Part shown: in pieces, positions 1 to 12,472 of the stretch
Layout: every line of letters begins with the position of its first letter
Numbering within the stretch: the stretch's first letter is position 1
NCBI GenBank assembly: GCA_016748015.1
Contig: JAAOMT010000706.1
Coordinates: 110,764 to 174,763, forward strand
DNA: 64,000 nucleotides
Reading direction: 5' to 3'
Source: Geosiphon pyriformis uo1
Taxonomy: Eukaryota; Fungi; Glomeromycota
Notes under the pieces: model-generated
Databases searched by the model: none
What the model was told of the DNA's origin: nothing
What the model saw: only the letters and a program-made list of their open reading frames with translations
Position numbers and translations under genes: made by a program

Positions 1-548
1 TTTTTTTTTTTTTTTTTTTTTTGATTATGACCAATATTATATTCTACATGTATTAATGTAGAACAAAGAATTCTTGAAATTTTAACGTTTTTAAGATTGG
101 ACTAAAAAACTTTGTGAGATAAAAGAAGTTAGTTTTATTGTTACTACAAGTTTAATGACTGGAAAAACTTTATGAAACTTTCAGGATTGACCCGATTCAA
201 GGTAACTGAGGAAATTTGAAATTTTTTAACACTCAAAGCTATTTTTAATATTCCTATTTCCGTTTCAATAAAATCACGTTTTTGGTAGTTAAAAAATTAA
301 ATCTTTTTATATTTTGGCATCTTTATATCCAGCACCTTCAAGGTCAATAGATAAACCAAATTTGCCCATGGTAATCCTTAATCGTTCAATTAAAGCATGA
401 TACATGTAATTGATCACAAAAAATCTGTAATCACTAACCGATAACCAACTAGGTGGTGATAGAAATATCTTAAAACATTTTAACATGTAATTATATACTA
501 GTTACTAACAGCCGGCAAGCCGGCCAACAATTAATAGCTGAAGGATAA

Positions 549-585
549 CAAATACAAATACTAATACTAATACTAATACTAATAC

Positions 586-623
<38 letters not shown>
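549..623. repeat. Compound microsatellite (AATACA/AATACT)n-(AAT)n
   Basis: Directly visible tandem units downstream of the membrane-protein gene. Confidence 0.9.
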
Positions 624-832
624 CTACAAAGAAAAAAATAATAACATAGGAAAAAAAGGGCTGAAACTTGAAATAATACTGATGATAAAAGTACAAATTT
701 TTGAATAAACATGTGAATTTGAAAAATATATGAGACAGATTTGTGAGTTTGTATTATTATTATCATTATTATTAAAGTCCAAAAGAGTCCGTTGATGAGT
801 TCATTGACTACTGTCAGACAGCGCGATATTAA

Positions 833-3316
833 TTAATAGAATTGATAATCATCTTCATTATTATGTAAGGTCTTTGATCGAAGGTCAGTGACAGTAGCAT
901 TCGACTCGTGGGATCCATGACTTATTGTCCGTGACAAACCAGATGTCCCGCCGTTACTACTCGTTGGACTACTATAACTACCATTGCCCAATTCACCCCA
1001 AGCATTTTCAGCAAATCGTCGAATTGCATCAAGATCTTGTTCAAGTTCAACTTCACTTGTTGCTAAACTTGGCGCATAGCTTGATGTTCCACCACTACCA
1101 CTAACATTACCACCGCTTCGATTTTGTGAAAGAGCATATAACTCTTGTTGAGCGATCCGCTCTTCAATTGTTCCTGTCTCGGGTAAAACGTAATTGTATT
1201 CAGCTTCCACCGTATCTGATGAAATGTCCGAGATTCCAGATAAGGATAGGTCGGATTGTCGATCAAGATTATATTGCGGGCTTTTTGACAATTTTTTCAG
1301 GTTTGAAGTTTGGTCGTTATCATTGTTCTTGTTTGTGCTCATACCAAATGTTGGAGACATTGAAACTTTTGGTGTTGAGGGTTTAGTTCCATCACTATTG
1401 GTGCTATATATGCTACTACCTTGACTTGATTGTGATGATTTCGAATCATTCCTTGCAATACCTTTGCCTAATGGTGACGGCTGTATCACCTGTGATGATT
1501 GTGAGAAATCACGTTGATGCCTTAGCATGGAGGATTGTTGCGAGGCTTGTGAAAGATTGCGTTGATGGAAAATTTGTGATCGAAGTGATGATTGTGAGGG
1601 ATTTCGTGAATGATCATTAAATTTTTCAGGTAAATTTGGAATGGGTGGTACAGATGATGGCTGATAAGATTTGAATATTGGTGCGTGAAGCGTGAATACT
1701 GAGGCTCTTGTGGTGGTGTGATTTATCGAGTTATTATCAGAATCTTTTTGTGTTTGATTATTTCCTTGATTCGATACCACTGGTGTTGATCCTGGGGCAA
1801 TTTTCGAGTAATAATCATTGACAGATTTCATCGCAGAATGAGGCATTTCTGGCATGTCTCCAAATAAGTGAGAATCACGTGAATAAGTTGAATACATTGA
1901 AGACATTTTGTATCGACCATTTCCAGTAGGAGATGTATAATCGACCGGTTCCACGATATCTTCAGCACTAACACCAAGGTACGTAGGGTCAGTGGTTGAT
2001 TGAGCAATCTCATCCTGATCATCACTTGATAAGAGATTAGAATCACGTAGAGCTGAATCTTGTTGCCTATCATTACCATTTGATATACCAACATTTGACG
2101 GAGACGGAGTATGTTGAATCGCTCTAGCGGCTTCATGCAAATTATTACGGAAATCTTTTCCTTGTTGAGGATTTGCAACACGATAAACAACATTTACCGA
2201 TTGACGATTATATTCCGACGAATTTTCTGTCGCTTGTTTTGGAGTTGATTGAGGGTATTGTTGTTGTTGTTGTTGTTGCGTTGAATAATTTCGAGAAAGG
2301 TCAAAAGAAGTTCTCATATGCGTAAATGCTTTGGCCAAATAATTGTATCGTGATAGTCGAGACGATACATCACTCACACGATTATTTTGTGGTGGTTGTG
2401 GTGATGCTGCAACACCTGGGTACCGTTCACTTTCATGGGCCCAATCATTAAATGATTGTGATTCATTTGGTTTATAGCTGACTTTATTATAAGGCATTTG
2501 GGTTGTCGGTAGTGGGGATGTTGGTGGCGGTGATGTTGGTTGTGGCATATATCCATCCTGATTAGTGACAAATCTGGCAGGAGGACCCTGATTATAAAAA
2601 CTAGTACGTCGTTGAGTTGGATCCCCCATTCCATTCATATGAACGTGATTTTGTTCCATTTGAGGTGGATTTGAATTTGAGAAGCCAGCTGCACGGACGG
2701 CGAATGGATATATAGGACCGCCTGATTTCATGTCGGGAGCTGACGATGTTGATGGTCGAGCATAGCTAGAAGGTCGAATAATATCTCTGGATAATCGATT
2801 TGCTCTTCTTTTTTGTCCATAATTGAATAACCAAAAACCGATTCCAACTGCACAAATTATTGCCACTACTACCCCCGAAACGATACCAACTTTTGCTCCA
2901 ACACTTCCATTACCACTACTACTATTATCATTACCACTAGAATCGTTAGACGAGGAATCGGATTTTTTTGTTTCGGCACATTTCTCATCTACGCAATTGC
3001 CTGATCCACATTGAGTATCATTCGAACATTCCATGCCAAACTCACGTTTCGGAACACAACGATGGGTGGTAGGATCACAAAAGTATAGATTCGTATCGGA
3101 ACAGGTTAATTCAACACTGCTTGGATCCGTAGTACACATAATGTTGTTATCTGGGAGAGATGATGGAAGTTGATAATCACTCATGGTACTCGTAACGGTT
3201 GGTTGAAAAGATGTTTTCGTGATCAAAGTTGTTGATGATTGAAGAATGACAGAAGTGATCGTATCTTGTGATGGGGATGAATTTGATGATGAAACTGGTG
3301 GTGCTGGTGGTGCTTG

Positions 3317-3348
<32 letters not shown>

Positions 3349-3766
3349 GTGGTGGTGATGATGGTGCATTTTTTTGTGTTTCCGCGGGAGTTGAGGGAGA
3401 TGGAGACGGTGTTGGTTTATCTGATGATGAAGGAGGTGCAGAAGATGAAGATGTCACCGCCGACGAGGATTTTGGTGGCTCTGATGATACTGATGACGAT
3501 GATGGGGCAGCACTGGTAGATGAAGATGGAGCGTTTGACGCTAGAAAGATCATCAAAATATTTATATGAATACGGTTAGATCAAACATGATATGATTTAT
3601 CAGAAATGAAAAATTGAGAAACTGTATAATTACTTGATGACGGTGATGACTCAGCACCAGAAGAGGGACTAGCCGAAGAAGCTGGGGCAGCATTTACCAA
3701 GGCAACCAGAATTATCAAGATTCCTGCGAGACTAGATGTAAATCTCAAACTGACAGAGATCTTCAT
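833..3766 (-). CDS. Single-pass membrane mucin-like protein (~946 aa): signal peptide, Ser/Pro/Thr-rich stalk, Cys-rich module, TM helix, long disordered cytoplasmic tail; 2 coding exons (3766-3634, 3540-833)
   Basis: ORF 3581-3766 begins with a signal peptide (MKISVSLRFTSSLAGILIILVALVNA). A GT...AG intron at 3633-3541 (GTAATT...TTTCTAG) joins it in frame (A|CG) to the 907-aa ORF. Cys module C-x10-C-x7-C-x6-C-x9-C-x5-C-x4-C-x4-C; TM VGIVSGVVVAIICAVGIGFWLF followed by basic QKRR. Confidence 0.85.
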
Positions 3767-4456
3767 TTTGTCGTTATTTGCTTAGTATTGGCAGCAGGTA
3801 AAAGGCTAAAATAAGCTTGGGTTTTCTGAATAAGAAATACAAATAATTTTTTAACAATGCTATGAAATGGTTTGGATGTTTAGTTTTCACTTTTTACCAA
3901 CTTGATCATTTGACTTGTATATACACTTTGTAGTAATAATTAGCCTGATCGTTAATATTTTCTAATTCTAAACTGAAATTGAATTATTTTATGTGTATAT
4001 AATCTATATTATTATTATTATTGTTATAATGTTCCCTTGTTTATTCTATTTTTTCTGTTGATTTTCTGGTAGCGAAGGCTATAATCAAAATCAAAGGTCG
4101 ATTGATTCGAAGAGGATATTATTAATATTACAATTATTATTAGTCCTTGGTCGGTGGTAGTGGTGGTAATGGTGGTGGTGGTTGTGGTGTGGTGGTTATA
4201 GTGGTTATGGTGTTTGATGTTTTAATTTTCTTTGGAAGGTTTTCTGATCTTCTCTTGTTTCGTCAAATTTCCAGAGTTCGAAATTCAAGTTAATAGTCGA
4301 GAAAATTTTTCAGGAAGGCCAGCAACCCTCAAAAAAAAAAAAGTGAAACGAACAATTAAGGATCTATTTTATAGTGAATATATTAAAAAAAGGTTAGGCT
4401 GAATTGAAAGTTTCACTTTTTCAAACGGGAAAAAGTGGAAAAATTGTGTTAGACAG

Positions 4457-4533
4457 ACTCACTCACTCACTCACTCAATCACTCACTCACTCACTCACTC
4501 ACTCACTCACTCACTCACTCACTCACTCACTCA
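4457..4533. repeat. (ACTC)n tetranucleotide microsatellite, about 19 units
   Basis: Directly visible; one interruption (AATC). Confidence 0.95.
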
Positions 4534-4800
4534 CTTACCACTCACTCCTTAAAACGTTTCAGAAAGACGCTGGCTACACACACCAGCCTCAGTTACTTTT
4601 CTTGGTCGTTTGTAAAGACACCGGCAGCAAATATTGTCAAGTGCTTTTAACAGTGGGCTAATAAACTCTTCTTTTTACCGAATCAAAAATAAACTCTTGC
4701 ACTTGGTAAGAGCAGCTCAAAATTTATTTTTTACTATTATTGGTAAAAGTAGAAATAGAGGCGGGAGTGGGAAGAAGAAAAAGGTAAATTAGGAGAGAAA

Positions 4801-4845
4801 AGGAAAGGGAAAGGGAAAGGGAAAGGGAAAGGGAAAGGGAAAGGG
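4801..4845. repeat. (GGGAAA)n hexanucleotide repeat
   Basis: About 7 tandem units inside a purine-rich tract. Confidence 0.9.
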
Positions 4846-5960
4846 AGGAGAGAAGAGGAGAATAGGAGAAGAGGAATTTTTAGAGTAAAAAACGCAAAAG
4901 AAACGTTTGAAAGTAACCGCCAAAAAAGAATGAAATGGCTCAAAAGAACTGCAGAATATATTAGAAGAGTGACGTAGTAGTACCGGGTGATGAGGAAGTC
5001 GTGATAGAAAATATCGTCGACCGAAAGAGAAAAAATATGATATATCCGAAAGAAGGTCGCATCCGTGGTTTTCTACTCAACTCTATCCAAATTTACCCAA
5101 GAAGCAGGTTTTTCCTTGCTGATTGATAATGATTTTTTTTTTATTTCAGTCTTTAATTATTTAGTGAGAACTTTGTGATTCATCGTCATGGTGCAAAATT
5201 TTAATCATGAAGTGTAACTAACTAATGTATTAACAATATATTTCAACGCATAGGTTTTTTTTTCAAAATTGAATTTGAATTTAAGAAACTATTAAAATCT
5301 AGTTGATAAATTTGTGAGACGACATTTTGCCGCATGTGTAAAGTAATATGCATGTAATAGTTATTCTAAAAGGATTTTATCATGTACCATTCGCGTGAAG
5401 TGATTTACAAGAAACCTTCATATTCTATCGTGATAGGTAAAGTTACACGAGACTAGAGACCAAGCATCTAGCTTTTTGGTTCGTCACTTAATAGGACAAG
5501 TTTGAAAACAATTTTTTGAAACAGGGGTATTCAAATGGAAAAATGGTAAAAAGAGTAAAAAGTTTTTTGGTTATTAAAAGATGAATTTGAGGTTTTATCG
5601 CGATTAAAATTATCATTTTCATTGTTAGAGTGAAATTGTATGGGGAATGATTGTTGTACATTATGATGATGATGATGATGTTAATGATGATGAGGTTCTT
5701 TTCTTTCATAGACTTTTTACTGGGGGAAAAAAAAAGTTTTATTGAATGAAGAATATTCCATGATATTTTTCAAATTTTTAAGGGTCAATATAAAAAATAG
5801 TTTCCGAATTATTTCGAAATTTTTTTTGTCATTTCCCACTTTAAAACTTATAAACCCTTTTTAATGAAGTTGTATTAAAATTTAATTTAATTTAATTTAA
5901 TTAAATTAAATTATTGGTTTAAAAGGGAGTTTTTTTATTCTGATGCAAAAATTTATATTG

Positions 5961-6009
<49 letters not shown>
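5961..6009. repeat. (AAT)n microsatellite
   Basis: Directly visible. Confidence 0.9.
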
Positions 6010-6012
<3 letters not shown>

Positions 6013-6670
6013 TTTATTTATTTAATTTTTCATTACTTTCATTAATCGTTCAATTTGCTTTTCTATGATATATATATATATATATATGTATATAAATGTA
6101 TAACCTTCGAAACCAATGTAAAATTTCCAATAAAAATTAATTTTTTAATTATATAATGATAAAAATATTTTTAACTCAAATTCTAATCGTTTTAATTATT
6201 TTAATTCGATTCTCATTCGTAGGTTCTATCTGATTCCATTATTTTACACCAAAAAAATTTCTAATCTCTAATCATGTAATAAATCATTAAAAAAATTTTT
6301 TATCATTTTAATCATCTTTAAAACAATATGAAAAAAATTTTCTATTTTGATAAGAAATGTTGTTTTAATTCCCACATTGAAATAGTTTTGAGTCACACCA
6401 GACAAGCCAATTTTTAAGTCATTTGATCAATTGTGCCTTGCAGTATGCTTTAATGTTTTTAATAATTCCACGTTTATGGGGGCTCTTTAAATAAAAATTT
6501 CCTTTAAAAATCACTTGTCAAAATCATGGATATAACTTTAGAATGAAGCGTCAAAAACGTGGGAATGAAATTGAATTTAGCCAAAATTAAGGTAATGGTC
6601 GTCGATCAAGATTTCAATCAATCAATCAATCAATCAATTAATCAGTCAGCCAAGAATTTAAAATAATAAA

Positions 6671-6701
6671 GGAGGAGGAGGAGGAGGAGGAGGAGGAGGA
6701 G
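6671..6701. repeat. (GGA)10 microsatellite
   Basis: Directly visible. Confidence 0.9.
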
Positions 6702-7456
6702 TAAAATGACTTCTCAATGAGCGCTTCTAATCTTTTTACAAGACTTAAATTTCCCGCGTCATTAATTATTTCATATTTTTAAGGAAGAAGACAATGTAGA
6801 CAAAGAAATTTTGGTCTTTATACAAATTTTTTTAATAGAAATCCGTATTAAAATCATGTGATTCAAAAAGCAAAATAAATATTTACGTTAGAATACCCAA
6901 CGAATTTTTGGTAGGAGAAAGATGAGGTTCTAATCATCACGAGAAAAGAATATAATAATGATGATGATGAAATGGAAGAGAGAAAAATCTCAAGGAAGGG
7001 AACAAAAAGAGCTAACCAAATTTAGATATAATGTTCATTTAGAGCTATCATATAAAAATCTATGAGTGCAGCAAGTTAGTACTGTTGAACATATTGGGAT
7101 AACAAACTTTAGAAACATTAAAAGAGTTTTACTGAAACGGGGAAGAGTGAGTTCAATTCTTTTCTTTACTCAAATAGATCTTATACAGTATTAAAAAAAA
7201 AAGAAGAAGGATAATCGACCATTATTTTAATGGGTTTTATTTCATTTAAAAAGAATGTTTGCCAAATAAAGATGGTTTGGCGGCACGATGTATAGAGAGA
7301 GCTACAGAATAATGTCTTGTTACCATGATTCGCTTATTATTTTAAAATTATACATTTACATTTAATTTAAATTTAATTTACATTTAAATTTTACATGTAC
7401 ATGTATTGTATATTGGTTATTGATCAACAACTTGTAATTATCAGTTAATATTAATA

Positions 7457-7579
7457 CAGTCAGACCTCTATAAAAGAACACAATTGGGACATGCAAATTA
7501 TGTTCCATTTTAGAGGTGTTCTATTATAGAGTTTTATAATTATTATCAAATAAACTATATTTATTTATTAAATCAATCA

Positions 7580-7617
<38 letters not shown>

Positions 7618-9715
7618 AATATTAATTAATTTTTACCTGTTTTTTAGAATTTTCCTTCAATTTTTCGTATTCATATAATTTTTTTCAAAGTAAATTTTGG
7701 TTTTCTATACTAAAATTTTCTTTTACTAATTGCTCTTCAAATCTAATTACCTTTTTTAATGCTTCATATGCTTCTGTAATTGTAATTAAAGCAGGTGGAG
7801 ATTTTTCTAATTCTTCTTTTGAGTCATTAATTGTATTGGTTTCAATTTAAGCATCGGCTAAAACTATATCTACAATTTCATTATCATCAAGAATATTTTC
7901 AGTTGCCAATAATTCATCAACTGCTACAGTATAATCTTCGAGATTTTTGAATATATTCATAGCAATTGATGTTTCGGATTCTTGAATTTCTAATTCTTTA
8001 TTATAGAAAAGAATATCCGTTTTTTGCCAACAGTTTTGAATTTTAACAGATATTACTTGAAATCATGATTGAACAACATAATCAATTGCTTGTTTTATGT
8101 TTAATTTATTTCTAAAAAATAAATTAATATTAGATAAAATTATATAATATATAATGATAATAATACTGTATATATTATATTACTTAACTGTTCAATATTA
8201 ATTTTTTGTTCAAATTGATGTAAAATATGTTGACAATATAAGTGCTTATATTTGCCTTTGAAAGATTTGATAATGCCAGCATCCATTGGTTGAAGATGTG
8301 ATGTAGTATTTGAAGGAAAATAGTGCAAAGTAATATTGGTTAATTGGAATGAATCTTTCCCGATTTGAGTATGATGAGAAGTTGCATTATCAACCAAAAG
8401 TAATATATGCCGATTTTGAATTCGAAACCCTTTATTTATATATTTGAGCCATGCTTTCCATATATCTGAGCGCATCCATGCTTTGGAATTGAATTTGTAA
8501 ATCACAGGTAGGTTGGAAGTATTAATTCCTTTAAAGCATCTTGGATTTTTTGCATGTCCAATTACTAAAGGTTGCAATTTGTGAGATCCAGTTGAATTTG
8601 TAGCAAGAAGAATTGTAATCCAAGATTTATCTTATAAAAAACCCAATTAATTTAATATAAAAATAATATATATTGATAACAATTGGTAAGTATAAATATA
8701 TCAATTTTTTTCCTGCATTTCAACATTTTGCAAGTGTTTGATTTGGTCCCATACGAAAAAATAATCCTGTTTCATCAGCATTATATATGTCAGCAGGATC
8801 AAATTCGAATATAATGGTTTTTAATTTTCTTCATTCTTCTGGTAAACTTTTAGTTGATACACTTTCTGCTTCACCATGAAATCGGTAAACACGTAACTGG
8901 TTTCGTTTTTTGAATTTTTGAATCCATCTATTTGAGAATTGCATTTCATTTTCGTGTATACCAAGAAGTTTGGCAAATTTTTTTCCTTTCTCTTCAATTA
9001 GTTGATCATTGAATTCGATAGTGGCTGCCGTTACTTGTTCTACCCAATAACTTAAAGCTTGTTCTAATAATGGAAATTTAATGCTTTTGTGTCAAATAGA
9101 TCTTTTTGAGATTTTATCAATTTCAATATTCAACCACTTTGCATGCTCTTTGATTATCTTGGAGACAGTTGGACGAGAAATATGAAGTTCTAGATATTTA
9201 TGATTGAAGTAAGCTACAATATCATCATGTTTCATGCCATAGTGATTTTTGGAATATTGATAAATTTCTTTACGAAGAGCATTATTAACTGCTACTCGTT
9301 TTTGTTTTTTGAATAAAAGTTCCGACATTGTGATAATTTAGCAAGTCTGTTAGAAAGTGTGCCTATAACGATAATATTAGATTTGGTTTTAGCAAGCCTG
9401 AATTGGAATACAATAGGGACTAAGTGGCTGTACGTGAAAACAGACAAGATCAAAAAGAGTAAATCCAATGTAAATCGATTTTAGGATGAAATCAATTCAA
9501 TACGTTCCAATTACCAATTAACATCTAGCACGTGATATTTGTTCTTATATGAAGGTAAATTTCGAATAAACGTTTGATAAAATTATGTTCTTGTTCCTTT
9601 ATAGATTGTTCTTATATAAAGGGAAAATTGTTAATTAATCAATTGGTTCTATAAAAAAATGTTCTTTGTAAGAGGTTGTTCTTTTATCGAGGTTTCTTTT
9701 ATGGATGTCTGACTG
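7457..9715 (-). mobile_element. pogo/Tigger-type (Tc1-mariner superfamily) DNA transposon, full length, inactivated
   Basis: TIRs CAGTCAGACCTCTATAAAAGAAC (7457) and the reverse complement of 9693-9715, CAGTCAGACATCCATAAAAGAAA (20/23 identical). TA dinucleotide on both flanks; internal transposase. Confidence 0.92.
7637..9328 (-). pseudogene. CENP-B/Tigger-like DD35D transposase pseudogene with introns
   Basis: HTH regions (ISRPTVSKII; FSNRWIQKFKKRN) and catalytic motifs YNADETGLFF, LLLVDNATSH, LQPMDAGII. Several in-frame TGA stops. Introns at about 8701-8631 (donor GT mutated to AT) and 8188-8112, with a further donor at 7636. Confidence 0.85.
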
Positions 9716-9719
9716 TATA

Positions 9720-11460
9720 TAATTTAATAGAAACATTAGAAAACAAAAAAAAAACAATATTAACTTTTATTATGTATACTAAATTCTTTTTAAAAATATT
9801 AAAATTAGCAAATTTTATTTTTGTTATAAAGCAATAAATTATATTTTAATTAATTTTATCTTATTAAATCTAAAAAATATAAACAAAAATTGCTTTAATA
9901 ATAATTTTTTAATTTGTATGTATATTTATATGTTTTAAATTAGTATTTAAAATAATATTATATTTTATAACCAATTTTTTAATTTTGTTTAAATTCAATT
10001 TAAATATAAATATAAAATAAGTAATTTTAAGAAAACAAAAGCTTTTTTTTTGGTAAAAAATTTTTTAAAAAATATTAACTTTTTTTAAAAGTTTTTTATT
10101 TTATTGCTAATCAATTAATATTCAAAATAATTAATACTTAACATAAAAATCAATACACAGCAAAAAAATACATAAATAAAAAAAAATTTAATAAAATAAA
10201 ATAAAACAATACAGAAAAATATTAAATAATATATAATAATACAAAATAGTTAACAATAATATTATATAATAAAAAATAATAAAAAATAGTAAATTATAAC
10301 TAATAATAAAAATATAATATAAAAAATAATAAAATTAATAAACTTTTAAAAATTATTTTATAGAATTAAAAATATATATAAATATATAAACAATTTTAGT
10401 TTAAAAAAAAAACATTATAAAAAATAAAAATTAGTTTTTATAAGCATTTAAAATTCAGTTAAAATAACCAAATTTAATTATAATATTATTTTTACATTTC
10501 AATAAATAAAACTTATTAAATTATAAAAATTAATTATTATTGTTTTTTTTTTTAAATTTTACTTGTTTTTTTTTAAAGCCAAATACAATTAGCATAATAT
10601 TTTAAAAATCTTAATAAATTAAACCAATTATTTTTAATTATACTAATTAATAAAATACTGATTTTTTATTTATTTTATTTATTTTTTTTAGTTTAAGAAT
10701 TTTGTAATTAGTCTAAAATAAATTAAAAATAGTACAAAAAATAACAAATTAATAATTTAACTATTATAATATATAATTCAATATTATAATAATTTGGTAA
10801 AAGAAAAAATATATTCTATAAAATTAATTTTACATAAATTAAAACTTACCAAAAATACAAAAATATAATATTAATTTTTATTAATTGCAATTGTATAATA
10901 TAAAATAATACCAAATACAAAACCAACAATTAACTACAATATTCAAAAAACTTTAATATCTCTGTTTTTTATAAAATAAGCTTTATAAATAAATTATTAA
11001 TAATACCTTAAAAAATCTTTCAATTTAACAAATTTTTTAAAGACTAATATTATATAAACACAATATTAAACATTATTTTGTCTCATTTAGATAAATTATT
11101 TATAACACCAAATTTTTAATAAATATATTTAATTCAAATGTTAAAATCAATTTTTTTTGTTTTTATATTAGATTATCAAATTTCTAATTTATTATATTTT
11201 TTTTTAATATTAAAATAAATTCTTTTTTTATCTTTTTTTTAGTTATGCTTACAGCAAATATGTTTATTGTGTTTAACTTTTTAAACAAAAATATGTTAAA
11301 AAAAACAGCTTAAAAAAAACTGAATAAAAAAAAACAATAAAATATTTTTTGAATTTTTTGTAATTTAAAAATCAACAAAAAAATGACATTATAATTTAAA
11401 ACCAAATAATTAAAATTTTAGTACTTATAATAATATTTGCAATTAAAATTTTTTTATTAA
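9720..11460. other. Extremely AT-rich tract, probably a terminally mutated TE relic
   Basis: Almost no C/G and no CpG, but not a simple repeat; same texture as recognisable LINE relics at 40700-41800 and 50300-51100. Confidence 0.55.
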
Positions 11461-12472
11461 ATACAAGTTTCGTATTCAACTATATATAGGAACATATTAA
11501 CGAATATTATGGTTGTCCACAACGAAGTGTTTTTTAATTATAAAACACTATAAATTACTTAAGGCATAATAAAAAATTAAATATATAATCTATATTCAAT
11601 TTTATATAAGAAAAAGTTATTTTTTTTAATTAAACTAATATTTATTAGAATTACTAATAAATAAAAATTCTATATATACTAATATCACGTGTTGCGAGTG
11701 GGTCGATTTAGCAATTCCCTTAATATTATTATAAATAAATTGAATTATAATTTATAAGAAAATATTTTGTATAATTATTATTCATGTATATTATTATTTT
11801 TTCTTTTTGCGAACGGAGTAATAAATTTTTTTTAAATAAGTATACATATTTTTAAATAATATAAGTATATAAAACCAAAAAAAGTTAATAATAAATCAAA
11901 TATTATTATTAATTATGAAATATTCAAGCTAAATGTATTATATTGTATTATTTAAATAATATAACTAAATGTTAATTGTATAATTCTGAATATTAATTTT
12001 TACATATTTTAATAATATAATGTATATACTGTTAAAATAAATGTAATTAAATTAAAGATGTCTTATGTACGTAAAAATGGCATTTCAGTTTAAAAATCTT
12101 TGTTACAAATTATGGTTTTCACTAATGTTAAAAATTTTCAGTTCAATAATTTTTGAATGTAAAATTTTCGAAATGATTCTTTGACCATATGATTTACTCG
12201 GGATGAAATCATAAATTGTATTCAAAACTAAAAGGTTTGGCTGTCAGGTAACTTACTTTTGTTACATAATTGAAAACCGATAAGCAAAACGCAGATTTTA
12301 AGGACACCATCTTAAATACTTTGAAGCTTCAGTATCTTTAGTTCTAACCATAAAACAATAACTGGTTATTTGAACAAATAATAGGATAGCCACATGAATT
12401 CGTTTATTTCGAATCGGAAGCTGAGATCCGATATCTATCCTCGTTCTTCTTTGTTAGAATATAGAAACTTTT

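Noticed and set aside
1-22. Poly(T) run at the window start as a retroposed poly(A) tail
   Set aside because: Cut by the window edge, with no TSD or adjacent LINE 3' UTR visible; the neighbouring gene has an intron, so it is not a retrocopy.
491-766. ORFs with poly-Leu, poly-Asp, poly-Met, (LTHS)n or (FP)n (also 3246-3569, 3268-3519, 4404-4661, 4737-4943)
   Set aside because: Translations of microsatellites or antisense frames of the Ser-rich gene.
11500-11720. Possible Helitron ends (TCTATATATACT at about 11668; CACAACGAAGTG at about 11517)
   Set aside because: Order is inconsistent, and there is no CTRR terminus with hairpin or Rep/helicase remnant.
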